Source: Candidatus Omnitrophota bacterium (GTDB lineage Bacteria > Omnitrophota > Gorgyraeia > Gygaellales > Profunditerraquicolaceae). Taken from it: a stretch of DNA of 41,005 nt. The stretch is from positions 1-41,005 of the forward strand of contig JACRHO010000114.1 of NCBI GenBank assembly GCA_016212045.1, in the 5' to 3' direction. Shown here in pieces: positions 1-10,144 of the stretch. Numbering within the stretch: the first letter of the stretch is position 1; the number at the start of each line of letters is the position of its first letter. Under the pieces are notes generated by a model. The model was not told the origin of the DNA. It ran no database searches and was given only the letters and a program-made list of their open reading frames with translations. The translations under genes and the position numbers were made by a program.

Positions 1-1545
1 CGCGGATAACGCATATTCTAACCTCGGAAAATATTTGATTATTAAATTCGTTAAAAAATTTAATTTGACTACCTGAAGCCAGTGCCGATATTCAACAGGC
101 AGGCCCGCTATATATGAATTTATTTCTTTAGAATCTAAATCAAAAAATAAATCTTTTTGGGAATCGTATATTTTTATAACTCTATTTATCTTTATTTTTT
201 TCTTATATTTGAGGTCAAATAAATATCCATCTTCATATTTGTGCCGCCTATTAAAAGGTTTGGCAACGATATTTTTGTTTACTGCCAGCTTAAAAACCGG
301 GATAGTTACCCAATGTTCAGAAAGAAATTCTATATGGCTAAAAGGACCGTATTTACTATATTGGTTACCTGAGACATAAATAATCTCATTGCCGTTATAG
401 TTATTCAATTCCTTATTATTCATTATGTTATGTATTACCCTTTGTTGCTGTAAATTCCAGGACCTCCAATGATTAGAAATACCAAGAATTGCAAAAATGA
501 ATATGCCCAGAAGCAAAATCCTTAATTTTTCTCTAACCGGCATGAGGAAAATAAGATATGTTAACAGAAATGAACCAAAGATGGTAGTTCTATTTCCCAG
601 ATTAAATGCTAACTCTGGATACATGCCTGTAAGGGAATATAGAAAAAATGCTGTAAGCAGTAAAATTACCATGCTAATGATAAGTTTGGAATCGTATCGG
701 TAATTAACCTTGCGATAGATTCTCTGGCAGATAAGTATAGCAATGAGGCCAATGATAAGCGAGACGCCGCTCATTTGTTTTAGCGCATAATAAATTTTTA
801 ACCAAAAGGCAGGCCCAAAAGCAGAATCAAAAAAGGTTATTATCTGGATGATGAAATTCTTTATTATCGAAAGAAAATTTATCTGTCCAGCCAACCTATC
901 TGTTCCCAACCCCAAGAATTTCGTCAGAAAAATATAATAAAGCGTAAATAATAAATTCGGAACCAAAATAACCAATGCTTGCTTAAGTTTTCTATTCAAG
1001 CTAAAGAGAAAAAAGAGACCTACGGCAATAGGCAGAGAGCCGTAAGATATAAATGAACCCATTAAAGAAAACAAGAAAGCCGGCACCAACCTATTATGAT
1101 ATCCCAAGTAATACGCATAGAGATAGAAAGCAAATGATAAGGTTAAATACTGCCCCATAAAGAAATATACAGTGGCATCGTGAGTAGGGAAAAATACAAA
1201 AAGAAATGAAATTAAAAATGCATCGCGAGGTTTTAAATAAATAGTAAAAAACTTCACGATGAGATAAAATGATATGATGACATAGAGAATTTTAGAAATA
1301 TTAACCGCGTTTTGGTTGTGAAGGCTAAACAGATGATACCAAGGATAATGGGTTATCTGTTCAAAGGGCGTATCAATAAAATAAAAAGGGCTATTAGTTG
1401 GTTTCTCCAGGCCTCTTGCCATTGCCATAGCCTCAAAGTCATCTGAAATAATACCCGTGTTCATAACTAAATAAACAATAAACGAAATATACAACAAAAA
1501 TAAAATTTTATCTTTTAGCCTATCCGCAGTTAAAATATTTATCAT
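1..1545 (-). CDS. Polytopic integral membrane protein, 3-prime end cut by the window edge (candidate GT-C-like glycosyltransferase or polymerase)
   Basis: Absent from the ORF track because it has no stop in the window. My own minus-strand translation in the frame of ATG 1545..1543 is stop-free down to base 1 (515 codons): MINILTADRLKDKILFLLYISFIVYLVMNTGIISDDFEAMAMARGLEKP... An alternative ATG lies at 1464. It has many hydrophobic helices followed by a polar tail (NNKELNNYNGNEIIYVSGNQYSKYGPFSH). An acidic SDDFE loop follows helix 1. The plus-strand ORF 497..703 lies inside it and is a shadow. Confidence 0.6.
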   Translation of the reverse strand, partial: MINILTADRLKDKILFLLYISFIVYLVMNTGIISDDFEAMAMARGLEKPTNSPFYFIDTPFEQITHYPWYHLFSLHNQNAVNISKILYVIISFYLIVKFFTIYLKPRDAFLISFLFVFFPTHDATVYFFMGQYLTLSFAFYLYAYYLGYHNRLVPAFLFSLMGSFISYGSLPIAVGLFFLFSLNRKLKQALVILVPNLLFTLYYIFLTKFLGLGTDRLAGQINFLSIIKNFIIQIITFFDSAFGPAFWLKIYYALKQMSGVSLIIGLIAILICQRIYRKVNYRYDSKLIISMVILLLTAFFLYSLTGMYPELAFNLGNRTTIFGSFLLTYLIFLMPVREKLRILLLGIFIFAILGISNHWRSWNLQQQRVIHNIMNNKELNNYNGNEIIYVSGNQYSKYGPFSHIEFLSEHWVTIPVFKLAVNKNIVAKPFNRRHKYEDGYLFDLKYKKKIKINRVIKIYDSQKDLFFDLDSKEINSYIAGLPVEYRHWLQVVKLNFLTNLIIKYFPRLEYALSA

Positions 1546-2671
1546 AAGTTATGCCCGGTAAAATATTCAACTTTGATAACAGCCGTATTGGCCATCGCAT
1601 CATTCTAATATAGCGGTAGTTAGAAGGATAATCTCTAAATGTTTTTGGCGCAAGCTTCATATAATTTTCAAACTCTGCCTGAGTAATGCCCAGCCGTTTG
1701 ATACACAGGTCTATTACTTTTGCGTCTTCAATAATATCAATCTTTTGCACTTCCTCTAATGCTATTCCTCTTGTCATTTGTCCAGAACGTATCAGGGCCG
1801 AATATATGAACTTCCTTCTGTCAATATTAAATTTAGTGCGGAAGACATAGGTCATCAAACTCTGATAAAGGTCATCATAATATTTTGACCCAGCATAAAC
1901 CCAACCGAGTTCTTTTGCAATAATCTTCTCTGCATCATTACGCACATAATCAACATAGTTAAGTATCGGAATGGCTATTATGTCTCTTATAAACGTATAA
2001 TAAAAAATATGCGAAATGCCTAAATTAAAACCCGGGTCAGCAGGCCGCCATTTCCGTAAGCGAACTGAGCCAAAAATCCGCTGTATGTTTTTTAAATAAG
2101 TCCCGTCTAAATAATTCCATTCTAAAGGAGATATACCTTCTGTACGAAATGAATATCCGGATATAATATATTTTATATTTTCCTTTGCGGCTGTGCCATA
2201 GAGCGCTGTTTCTATAGCTACATCCGTGCCCTCTTCTAAGTCCGGAGTGGATGCTTTTAAAAAAGCTATTTTAACATCCTTGGATTCTCTCCAGTCAGAG
2301 GTAACAGTTCTTAATTCCACGCCTAAAACTGCGGTGGCACGTTTTATGTTTTCGCCGGTTAGAGGATTTCCAAACCCATCATTAAAATGGACAGCCAACG
2401 GCCTTAACCCATATTGTTTGAGTAACCATAGCGTATAGGTGCTATCTCTGCCTCCGCTTACGCCTACGATGCAATCATATTTTCTGCCTTTGCCTTTGTT
2501 TTTTATCTTATCTAATAATCTCTTCAGCCTTAACTGACCTATCTCTCCCAAGGGATATGCCTTTTCCAGCTTATCGTGCATCTTACAGTAACTACATTCG
2601 CCTTGGGCATCAAATTTTGCGCCGGGAACAGAGCTATCAACTATACATCTATTACAGACCCTATATTCCAT
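1520..2671 (-). CDS. N-acetyl sugar amidotransferase (PP-loop ATP pyrophosphatase, WbpG/WbuX/LfnA-like; forms acetamidino groups)
   Basis: N-terminal zinc-ribbon cysteines CNRC...CSYC. PP-loop SGGRDS at 2441..2458 (verified by reverse-complementing the DNA). Length (383 aa) and C-terminal half are typical of the LPS N-acetyl sugar amidotransferase family. Confidence 0.8.
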   Translation of the reverse strand: MEYRVCNRCIVDSSVPGAKFDAQGECSYCKMHDKLEKAYPLGEIGQLRLKRLLDKIKNKGKGRKYDCIVGVSGGRDSTYTLWLLKQYGLRPLAVHFNDGFGNPLTGENIKRATAVLGVELRTVTSDWRESKDVKIAFLKASTPDLEEGTDVAIETALYGTAAKENIKYIISGYSFRTEGISPLEWNYLDGTYLKNIQRIFGSVRLRKWRPADPGFNLGISHIFYYTFIRDIIAIPILNYVDYVRNDAEKIIAKELGWVYAGSKYYDDLYQSLMTYVFRTKFNIDRRKFIYSALIRSGQMTRGIALEEVQKIDIIEDAKVIDLCIKRLGITQAEFENYMKLAPKTFRDYPSNYRYIRMMRWPIRLLSKLNILPGITYDKYFNCG

Positions 2672-3506
2672 TTTTATAATATCTTTTTTTCTTTAACATT
2701 TCACCTATCTGTGTGCCCTTCTCCTGCCTTTGAGGAATATCTATTTCTGTCGTGATTAACTCTCCGGCAAACTCATTGTAATGGCCATTGGCGATAACGC
2801 CGTCTTTACCAACCACCAAAGAACAACCTACCATTTTCTTACCTTCGTAAGGCCCTCCTACTATATAACCTACGCTGGTAGCGCTAGCTACAATAAGGTT
2901 GTATAAACTTGCTAATGTATGATATGGCTTAACCCATTTTTCGCCATAAGGGTTTGTTCCTTCTATAATATGATAATCCACCGTCCAGGAAGAAGGAGAA
3001 AGTATAATCTGAGCTCCCATACGCGCAAGAGTATGTCCTATTTCTAAAGCATCTATATAGTTATCAGCGCATATATTTACGCCTATCAAACCCCAGGGCG
3101 TAGCCACTACTGAAAGATGCCTGCCCACAGCATAAAAATCATGCTCCACAACCAGTAAATTAATCTTATGGTATTTAAGGATAATTTCGCCGGCAGAACT
3201 AATCAGTATGGCTGTATTATAGATACGGTGGTCTAATTTTTCAGTTAATCCTGCGCAGATAAAAATCGCATATTTTTTAGCAGATGCGCAGAGTATATTG
3301 CTATATGGCCCCGGAATGGGTTGTGCCTCTGTTTTGGCGCTGGGATGCGTCCATCCCAAATCTAAAGATTCCGGCAACAGACTTATAGCACATCCTTTTT
3401 CGCAGGCCTCTTTAATCATATTTTCTGCGCGGCCAAGGTTTCTCTGCGGCTCGCCGCCTTCAACTAATAATTGACATAATCCTACTTTAATCTTATTCGC
3501 CAACAT
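2661..3506 (-). CDS. Carbon-nitrogen hydrolase (nitrilase superfamily amidase/glutaminase-like)
   Basis: A Glu-Lys-Cys triad lies in canonical contexts and spacing: LLPES (E46), YHKINL (K114), VNICAD (C146). It overlaps the downstream amidotransferase start by 11 nt. Confidence 0.8.
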   Translation of the reverse strand: MLANKIKVGLCQLLVEGGEPQRNLGRAENMIKEACEKGCAISLLPESLDLGWTHPSAKTEAQPIPGPYSNILCASAKKYAIFICAGLTEKLDHRIYNTAILISSAGEIILKYHKINLLVVEHDFYAVGRHLSVVATPWGLIGVNICADNYIDALEIGHTLARMGAQIILSPSSWTVDYHIIEGTNPYGEKWVKPYHTLASLYNLIVASATSVGYIVGGPYEGKKMVGCSLVVGKDGVIANGHYNEFAGELITTEIDIPQRQEKGTQIGEMLKKKRYYKNGI

Positions 3507-4191
3507 TTAAAAACATACGTAATTTTATAATCTGACTTAAAAAAGAAACTATAGTAGTTATATTATTTACTTTGGAATCCCCGCTTATTCTAGGCCTAAT
3601 TTGTATAGGTATACTTTGAATTCTATAACCTGCCTTCTTGGCTTTAATGATTAACTCCATAACTATCATCCAAGCTCTACCATGCGACACCAATTTAACT
3701 TTATTAAGAATCTGCCTTCTAACCATAAATATCCCTTGGAAGCGAGGTAATTTTCCAAATAATATCGTAAGGATAAACCTTTCGGCCTTTGATAAGAACC
3801 TGCCTATTGGTGGTAGTTTTGTATCTGGGATATAACCGAGAATCAAATCAAAATTCTCTATATATGGTATAAATGCATTAATATTGGTGGCGGGAAATTG
3901 CCCATCTGCAGGAAAATAGGTAATGAATTCTCCCCTGGCATCACGAAAACCACTCCTGTATACCTCACCTAAACCAAAATTCTCTAAATGATGTATAGTC
4001 TTTATATAATTTAGTTCATTCTGCAAGACATCAGCCAGCATTGGCGTAGTGTCAGAGCTGCCATCATTAACGATTATTATTTCATAGGGCTTATTTAAGT
4101 CTTCAAGCAATGTATTTATGTCTCTGGTCACCCACATGAGGTTATTTTCTTCGTTGAAGGCCATTATTACTACGCTTAACAAAGGAATCAC
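3493..4191 (-). CDS. GT2 glycosyltransferase, polyprenyl-phosphate sugar synthase type (DPM1/ArnC/GtrB-like)
   Basis: Motifs: [30 protein letters not shown] (DxD-equivalent) and a late [11 protein letters not shown] motif typical of this GT2 subgroup. Confidence 0.75.
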   Translation of the reverse strand: MIPLLSVVIMAFNEENNLMWVTRDINTLLEDLNKPYEIIIVNDGSSDTTPMLADVLQNELNYIKTIHHLENFGLGEVYRSGFRDARGEFITYFPADGQFPATNINAFIPYIENFDLILGYIPDTKLPPIGRFLSKAERFILTILFGKLPRFQGIFMVRRQILNKVKLVSHGRAWMIVMELIIKAKKAGYRIQSIPIQIRPRISGDSKVNNITTIVSFLSQIIKLRMFLNVGE

Positions 4192-4724
4192 TTTATTATT
4201 CTAATTACCTTGGCGGGAATGCCTGTAACTACAGTATGAGCTTTCACATCCCTAGATACTACAGAACCCGCGGCAATTTGAGCGCCCTTGCCTATTCTTA
4301 CCCCAGGAAGAACAATAGCACCTGTCCCGATATCACAATCATCTTCAATTATTACGGGGCTGAATTTTAACCTATTATGCAATATAGGAATGGATCTGTC
4401 TTTCAAAACATGCCAAGACGTAATTATCTTTACCGCTGGCCCTATTCCTACATTATTACCTATAGTTAATCCTGCGGCACTATGCAGAAAGCACTGTGGA
4501 CCGATCCATGTACCGCTACCGATTTTCATTTTATTTCTATAATATCCCTTGATTATCGCGTAGTGGCCTATATACACATTATCGCCAATCATTATATTCT
4601 CGGGATGAAAAACCAATACGCCATATTCAAAGATTACGCCATCACCTAAACTTGCGAACTCAGAACGCTTAAACTTACCACTGCCGTGAGTCTGCATTAT
4701 CTTATCTGAAACTTTATCTTTCAT
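4188..4724 (-). CDS. Left-handed beta-helix (hexapeptide repeat) acyl/acetyltransferase
   Basis: Repeated hexapeptide units: [61 protein letters not shown] overlap with the downstream GT2. Confidence 0.8.
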   Translation of the reverse strand: MKDKVSDKIMQTHGSGKFKRSEFASLGDGVIFEYGVLVFHPENIMIGDNVYIGHYAIIKGYYRNKMKIGSGTWIGPQCFLHSAAGLTIGNNVGIGPAVKIITSWHVLKDRSIPILHNRLKFSPVIIEDDCDIGTGAIVLPGVRIGKGAQIAAGSVVSRDVKAHTVVTGIPAKVIRIIK

Positions 4725-5676
4725 AACCTATCCTCCTATACCAAGCAATAGTCTTGATAAGGCCTTCTTCTAAATCTATCTTGGGTTCAAACCCGAGCAT
4801 TTTTCTTGCCTTTTCTATATTAGGAATTCTTAACTCTACATCTACGATATTTTTTTTAACAAAAGTAATCTGGGACTTTGAATTGCATAATCTTTTTATA
4901 AGGTTGGCAAGGTGATAAATAGTTAAAGTATTTCTGGGATTGCCGATATTAAAAGCCTGGCCAATTGCTTTTTTATTCTCTAAGCAAAGGAGTATCCCAT
5001 CGATTATATCATCAATATAACACCAAGACCTTACCTGGCTTCCTTCGTTATGTATATGTAGGGGCTGGTTTTTTAATGCCCGCTTGATAAAAACATGTAT
5101 TGCGCCCATACCTACCTGCAGGGGTCCGAATATATTAAAGGGCCTGATGGAAAGGGCGGGAAAGCCATATTCTCTGAAGTAATTCAAGGCGAGGTGCTCG
5201 GTAGCTAGTTTGCTTACCGCATATGTCCAGCGCGCTTCTCCTACCGTACCTAACGAAGTGGGGTCTGTCTCGTTAACATTAAAGGCGAAACTACCGAATA
5301 CTTCACTTGTAGAAAAATCAATAAAACGTTCAATATTTTTCTCATTCAATGCTGCTTTCAGAACGTTGTGCGTCCCTAACAATGCCACCTCCATGGTTTT
5401 CACCGGCATAGATAGAACTGTATCTACTCCGGCGATAGAAGCAAGATGCACTACCATGTTAGATCCCCGGATGCTATGAGTTAACTTACCAATATCTAAA
5501 ACATCTCCTTTTGTAAAACTTATATTTTTATGCTTTAATAACTTGCTATGTATTAAGGCATTGCGATGAAGATTATCGTAAACTACAATACGGTTGTCTT
5601 CGATTATTCTTTTGATTAATGAACTCCCGATAAAACCTGCCCCTCCACTCAGAAAAACTTTTTTTCCTTTAATCAT
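4714..5676 (-). CDS. Extended SDR NAD-dependent epimerase/dehydratase, resembling the ArnA decarboxylase domain / UDP-glucuronate decarboxylases
   Basis: Rossmann motif [10 protein letters not shown], catalytic FSTSEVFG, and ARWTYAVSK (YxxxK). The RW-x-Y-x-VSK context and the C-terminal [11 protein letters not shown] recall the ArnA C-terminal domain. Confidence 0.7.
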   Translation of the reverse strand: MIKGKKVFLSGGAGFIGSSLIKRIIEDNRIVVYDNLHRNALIHSKLLKHKNISFTKGDVLDIGKLTHSIRGSNMVVHLASIAGVDTVLSMPVKTMEVALLGTHNVLKAALNEKNIERFIDFSTSEVFGSFAFNVNETDPTSLGTVGEARWTYAVSKLATEHLALNYFREYGFPALSIRPFNIFGPLQVGMGAIHVFIKRALKNQPLHIHNEGSQVRSWCYIDDIIDGILLCLENKKAIGQAFNIGNPRNTLTIYHLANLIKRLCNSKSQITFVKKNIVDVELRIPNIEKARKMLGFEPKIDLEEGLIKTIAWYRRIGYER

Positions 5677-6807
5677 CTATGTTCTCCTTCTGGAGCAAAG
5701 CCGAATAGCGTCAAGCAATACTTCGGCTATACGTCCTTGCTCCTCCATTTTAAGGGAGTTATATAAAGGTAATGTCAGGGAATTCCGAAAGGCGTAAAAT
5801 GCATTTTTAAAAGAATTTAATTTAAACTTAAAATTTTTCTTATAGAAATCTAATGAGGGTATACAATATCCGCCGATTTGCGTTTCTATACCCTTTTTTC
5901 GTAATAAATTTTTTAACTTATCTCTATTAATACTATTGGATAACAATAGACAGTATGTCTGATAAACGTGCCTGTAATCTTTGGGGCTTTGTGGCAATTT
6001 TAAATAACCAAGAATTTCCATTGGCCTAAGGAGCTGGTTATAATTTTGCGCCAAGGCGATCCTTTTCTTAATAGTATTATCAATTCGTTTAAACTGAGAC
6101 ATAAGAATTGCGGCCTGAATATCAGAGAGACGGAAATTATAACCGCAACCGATAAACTTATTATTACGGAGGCCATGATTGCGCAATAATTGTATTTTTT
6201 CGGCTATATGCCCAGAATCTGTAATTACGGCTCCACCTTCTCCGCAGGTAATAAGTTTACGCGGATGAAACGAGAATACTGCAACATCCCCAAAAGAACC
6301 AACCTTTTTTTCCCGGATTCTAGCACCCAAGGCACAGGCTGCATCCTCAATGACAGATAAATTATACCTCTTGGCAAGACGCATAATTTCAGGCAGATCA
6401 GCCGGGAGGCCAAATTCCGAAACAACCATTATTGCCTTCGTCTTCTTTGTGATTAACCTGCTGATGTTTCCCACGTCTATATTAAAAGTATCCAGCTTTA
6501 TATCGCAAAAAACGGGTTCTGCCCCTCCTAATATAATAGAATTAGCCGTTGCAGGAAATGTAAACGCCGGACATATAATCTCATCTTTGCTCTCTAAACC
6601 TAGCGCCTTTACTGAAGCAATCAATCCAGATGTCCCAGAATTAAACATAAAGGCATAACGGATTCTATTATATTGCCGCAACCTGCTTTCTATTAATTTA
6701 ACGTACCTACCTTGCGTAAGCCAGCCACTCCTCAATACCTTAATAGCCACATTTTCTTCTTTTTGCGTAATATCAGGTTTAGATAAAGGAAATTTTATAG
6801 TTCTCAT
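5677..6807 (-). CDS. DegT/DnrJ/EryC1/StrS-family PLP-dependent sugar aminotransferase
   Basis: Motifs: SGWLTQG, IEDAACALG, and the Schiff-base lysine motif FSFHPRKLITCGEGG, then LLRNHG. Confidence 0.85.
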   Translation of the reverse strand: MRTIKFPLSKPDITQKEENVAIKVLRSGWLTQGRYVKLIESRLRQYNRIRYAFMFNSGTSGLIASVKALGLESKDEIICPAFTFPATANSIILGGAEPVFCDIKLDTFNIDVGNISRLITKKTKAIMVVSEFGLPADLPEIMRLAKRYNLSVIEDAACALGARIREKKVGSFGDVAVFSFHPRKLITCGEGGAVITDSGHIAEKIQLLRNHGLRNNKFIGCGYNFRLSDIQAAILMSQFKRIDNTIKKRIALAQNYNQLLRPMEILGYLKLPQSPKDYRHVYQTYCLLLSNSINRDKLKNLLRKKGIETQIGGYCIPSLDFYKKNFKFKLNSFKNAFYAFRNSLTLPLYNSLKMEEQGRIAEVLLDAIRLCSRRRT

Positions 6808-6814
6808 ATAATAT

Positions 6815-8209
6815 TTAGCCGAATAGTAATCTTAATAAAACCTTGGCTCTTTTTAAAAGGCTAATCAAATCCTTTGGGCTCCTTATGGAGATTATCCTCC
6901 TGATGATATAAGATGGGTTTAAATAAAACTCTCTGTACGCCTGGTTAAAATATTGCGTAAGCTCCTTTGAGTTCACATCCCTAAGTTTTATATTGGCTTC
7001 ATTATACCTGCCAAAGTTCTCCCATCCTCCAGCGACAATCTCTAACAATTTTTTCCCTTTGGCCATATCCCAAACCTCTGAGCCAGGCAAAGGAACCAGA
7101 ACAGAAAACTGCGCATAATCAAGTTTTAGTCTTTTTGAGATATCAATAGTTTTTCTGATACTCTCTTTTGTATCATATGGTAATCCTATAATAAAAAGTC
7201 CGATTACCTCCATCCTGACTTCTTTTGCCCATTTAACCGCTCTGGTTATATCCTCTATTGTTTCGTTACGCTTGGCCAAACGTAGCACCGCATTATCCCC
7301 GGATTCAATGCCCAGCTGAATCCTGCGGCAGCCTGAATCCTGCATTATTTTAAGAAGTGGTTTTGTTAAATGGCCTGCGCGGGTAAGGCAATCCCACTCT
7401 AAACGCAGATTCCGTTTAATCAATGCTTCACAAATCTCTGCAGTCCTTTGATTATCTAAAGTGAATGTATCGTCATGAAAGGTAAACCTTTTTATTTTGT
7501 AATCAAGTTTTAATTTTTCTATCTCACCTATTATGTTGCCTACGCTTCTTTTGCGGTAACTTCTCTGATGTATAGTGTGCGCAGCGCAATATGTGCACTG
7601 ATAAGGACAACCCCTTGTGCTGATGAGCCCTACTACTGTGCCTACATGTTCATTTCCGTATTTTTCAATAGGCAAATCCTGATAAAGGGGATAGGGGAAG
7701 ATATCTATATTTTGCGCTAATTGCCGGGCCGGATTTTTTATAATACTGCCTCCTCTTTTATAAAATATTCCCTTAATTTTATCGATGCTCTCTCCGCGCA
7801 CAAGCTCTAGCATCGTAAACTCTCCCTCTCCATAAACGAGGATATCTATGTTACTGTTGGATATTGTCTCTTCTGGCAAAGCCGAGGCATGTATTCCTCC
7901 AATTATAACCTTAATATCGGGATCTATCTTTTTTGCAATTTCTGCAACTTTAAATGCCTCCTTAATCTGGACAGTGGTAGCGGAAAGCCCTATCCAACGC
8001 GGCGATTCCTGTCTAATTATCCTACCTACGTCATTTAAACTATCTGTAGAAAACATTAAATCTACTAACTTTACGCTACAGCCAGCCTCCTTTAAAAAAC
8101 TGGCAATATAGGCTATACCCAAAGGCGGCACGCCAAAATCAAGCGCCTTGATATCTATCCTTCCATAACTTTTGCCATACGGCATGGATAATAGTAGTAC
8201 ATCGCTCAT
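6815..8209 (-). CDS. B12-binding-domain radical SAM enzyme (class B type), copy 1
   Basis: N-terminal Rossmann-like B12-binding region (IGLSATT...VIIGGIHAS...VYGEGE). Cluster motif CPYQCTYC at 7586..7609, verified on the DNA. Downstream IQLGIESG. Confidence 0.85.
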   Translation of the reverse strand: MSDVLLLSMPYGKSYGRIDIKALDFGVPPLGIAYIASFLKEAGCSVKLVDLMFSTDSLNDVGRIIRQESPRWIGLSATTVQIKEAFKVAEIAKKIDPDIKVIIGGIHASALPEETISNSNIDILVYGEGEFTMLELVRGESIDKIKGIFYKRGGSIIKNPARQLAQNIDIFPYPLYQDLPIEKYGNEHVGTVVGLISTRGCPYQCTYCAAHTIHQRSYRKRSVGNIIGEIEKLKLDYKIKRFTFHDDTFTLDNQRTAEICEALIKRNLRLEWDCLTRAGHLTKPLLKIMQDSGCRRIQLGIESGDNAVLRLAKRNETIEDITRAVKWAKEVRMEVIGLFIIGLPYDTKESIRKTIDISKRLKLDYAQFSVLVPLPGSEVWDMAKGKKLLEIVAGGWENFGRYNEANIKLRDVNSKELTQYFNQAYREFYLNPSYIIRRIISIRSPKDLISLLKRAKVLLRLLFG

Positions 8210-8218
8210 ATATTTAAG

Positions 8219-10129
8219 CTATCTTAATTCGTAAATCTTTATCTCTTTTATCCACCAGAAAATTAAAGTGTTTTTAAAAATCCTATCCAGCAAAGGAACG
8301 CGGCTGTCAAACCTTACAACCTCTTTATAATAAGGCGCAATCTCCTTTTCTTCGTTTAATTTCAGTACCCAATGGAAATGCGTGCCTCGCGTACCAGTCT
8401 TATCTATATATTTAATATACTCTGGCGCAATATTATCCTTAGAAGAAGCAATTGATTTAGGTTCATAACTATTAACCAAGATATAATATTGTGGCAATTT
8501 TTCCTTTATCTGGCTAAGATCCGGACTCGTATCATTAACAAATTTATAAAGAAAATAGTTAAAGTACGGGTAATTATTGCTCAGGCCACAATTATCAATA
8601 AAGGTCCCTATACTGGAACCTTCGGGAATATTCCTGTTTATCCACTCCCCGGCTGCCAGTCGGGGAGTGCGCGTAAAGATAAAGGCATAGAAAAGCGAAT
8701 TTAAGAACGTATAAATGGCAACTAAGCCAATCAGTCCAAAAATAATAAACTTATGGATTTTCTTTTGGTTAAATAAAGAATCCATAAAATCAGTGGATAA
8801 TAAAATCAGCAATGGCAGGATAGGAACTAAGGCGTGCAAGGTACCTATTGCAAAACAAGTGCTATAAGTTAAGAAATAATAGCCGAAGATTGAAAAGAGG
8901 ATAATCCTTTTTTTTGCTTGGCGGTTATTAATTATTGCCCAAATAATAGAAATAAGAACTATTGAGCCTAACGGCCATCCTAAGCTATCAAACAAAATGC
9001 GGATATTCCCGAGGTGAATACTCATATCCCAAAAAGAATAAAGCGACCGATAATCCTTAACGTTCCAGATCAGTTCACGGATGAATTCTTTATAGGAAAC
9101 AATGGTATAGGGATTGGTAATAAAGAATATAGCAATACATAGCAAAACCGACCAGACAAAATATTTCAAATCAACAAAAGGAGTTTTAAGTAAATTGGAT
9201 TTTATTTCTTTAAACGGAAAAATCCTGTTGTAGGTTAAACTTAAGAAAATCGGCAGGAGAACCGCTACGGTAGAAAGAAGACTTCCTGCCGCCAGGCCTG
9301 CGCATATACCGGCGTATATAGCATTAATGCGTATCTTATCGTTCTCCAATATATTAAAGCAACAAAATACGGCTAAGAGATACCACATCGCCGCCGATAA
9401 AAGAGGCTTAAGATGTACGCTTTCTACGATAATCAGCGGGCAGAATATAGTAAAAAAAGACGCAAAGATAAAGACCCTGCGGGCATAAAACCTCCTGCAA
9501 ATATAGTATAGTATCAATAGCGAAATCAAAAAGCAGAAGATACCAAAGCCCTTGCCTAAGGCGCTGATCAACAATATATCCTGCGGCTGGTGCATATAAT
9601 ATGCAATATCTTTCACCAGTTTAAAAATTCCGAGTTTAGAGGCAATAAATAAAGAGAAACCTACAGGATAAAGCCAGGCGCCTCCATAGCGGAAATAATG
9701 CGGGTTAAAATCCAGTTTGCTGGGATTAAAGCGATAAAACATCCTAAAGACGTTTTGCTCATCCCAAACAGAAGGCGACATAATGTTATTGCTAAGCCAG
9801 CGCATTTTATTTTTTGAAATATATATTTTTTTTCCTTCTATAATTATGGTATCTTCCTTAAGCATATCTCTGAGGTAATCCTTCGGCGGTAGAAACTGCC
9901 ACATTACATCTTGATAGAGGTTATCATTTACTAATTCCCGATGCCAAGCCTTAAAGTCATCCATTTCTTTTATCAAATAATTTTTTGCCGGTTCGCGAAG
10001 CCCAAAGAAAGATTCCCGGGCAATTTTATTATTGGGCACGCATTCATTTCTTAGGCCGGGTATAACCATCGCTAAGAATGAACCTGATAGAACAAGCGTA
10101 TAGAAAAAAGGTAACCTCTTTAGTTTCAT
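8219..10129 (-). CDS. Large polytopic membrane protein, GT-C (GT39/PMT/ArnT)-like candidate glycosyltransferase with a C-terminal soluble domain
   Basis: 636 aa. N-terminal signal/anchor, then a loop containing VWDEQNVF (similar to the DE motif of PMT-type GT-C enzymes), at least 10 hydrophobic helices and a polar tail of about 140 aa. The functional call is tentative. Confidence 0.45.
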   Translation of the reverse strand: MKLKRLPFFYTLVLSGSFLAMVIPGLRNECVPNNKIARESFFGLREPAKNYLIKEMDDFKAWHRELVNDNLYQDVMWQFLPPKDYLRDMLKEDTIIIEGKKIYISKNKMRWLSNNIMSPSVWDEQNVFRMFYRFNPSKLDFNPHYFRYGGAWLYPVGFSLFIASKLGIFKLVKDIAYYMHQPQDILLISALGKGFGIFCFLISLLILYYICRRFYARRVFIFASFFTIFCPLIIVESVHLKPLLSAAMWYLLAVFCCFNILENDKIRINAIYAGICAGLAAGSLLSTVAVLLPIFLSLTYNRIFPFKEIKSNLLKTPFVDLKYFVWSVLLCIAIFFITNPYTIVSYKEFIRELIWNVKDYRSLYSFWDMSIHLGNIRILFDSLGWPLGSIVLISIIWAIINNRQAKKRIILFSIFGYYFLTYSTCFAIGTLHALVPILPLLILLSTDFMDSLFNQKKIHKFIIFGLIGLVAIYTFLNSLFYAFIFTRTPRLAAGEWINRNIPEGSSIGTFIDNCGLSNNYPYFNYFLYKFVNDTSPDLSQIKEKLPQYYILVNSYEPKSIASSKDNIAPEYIKYIDKTGTRGTHFHWVLKLNEEKEIAPYYKEVVRFDSRVPLLDRIFKNTLIFWWIKEIKIYELR

Positions 10130-10144
10130 GCGCTATTCTCCATT

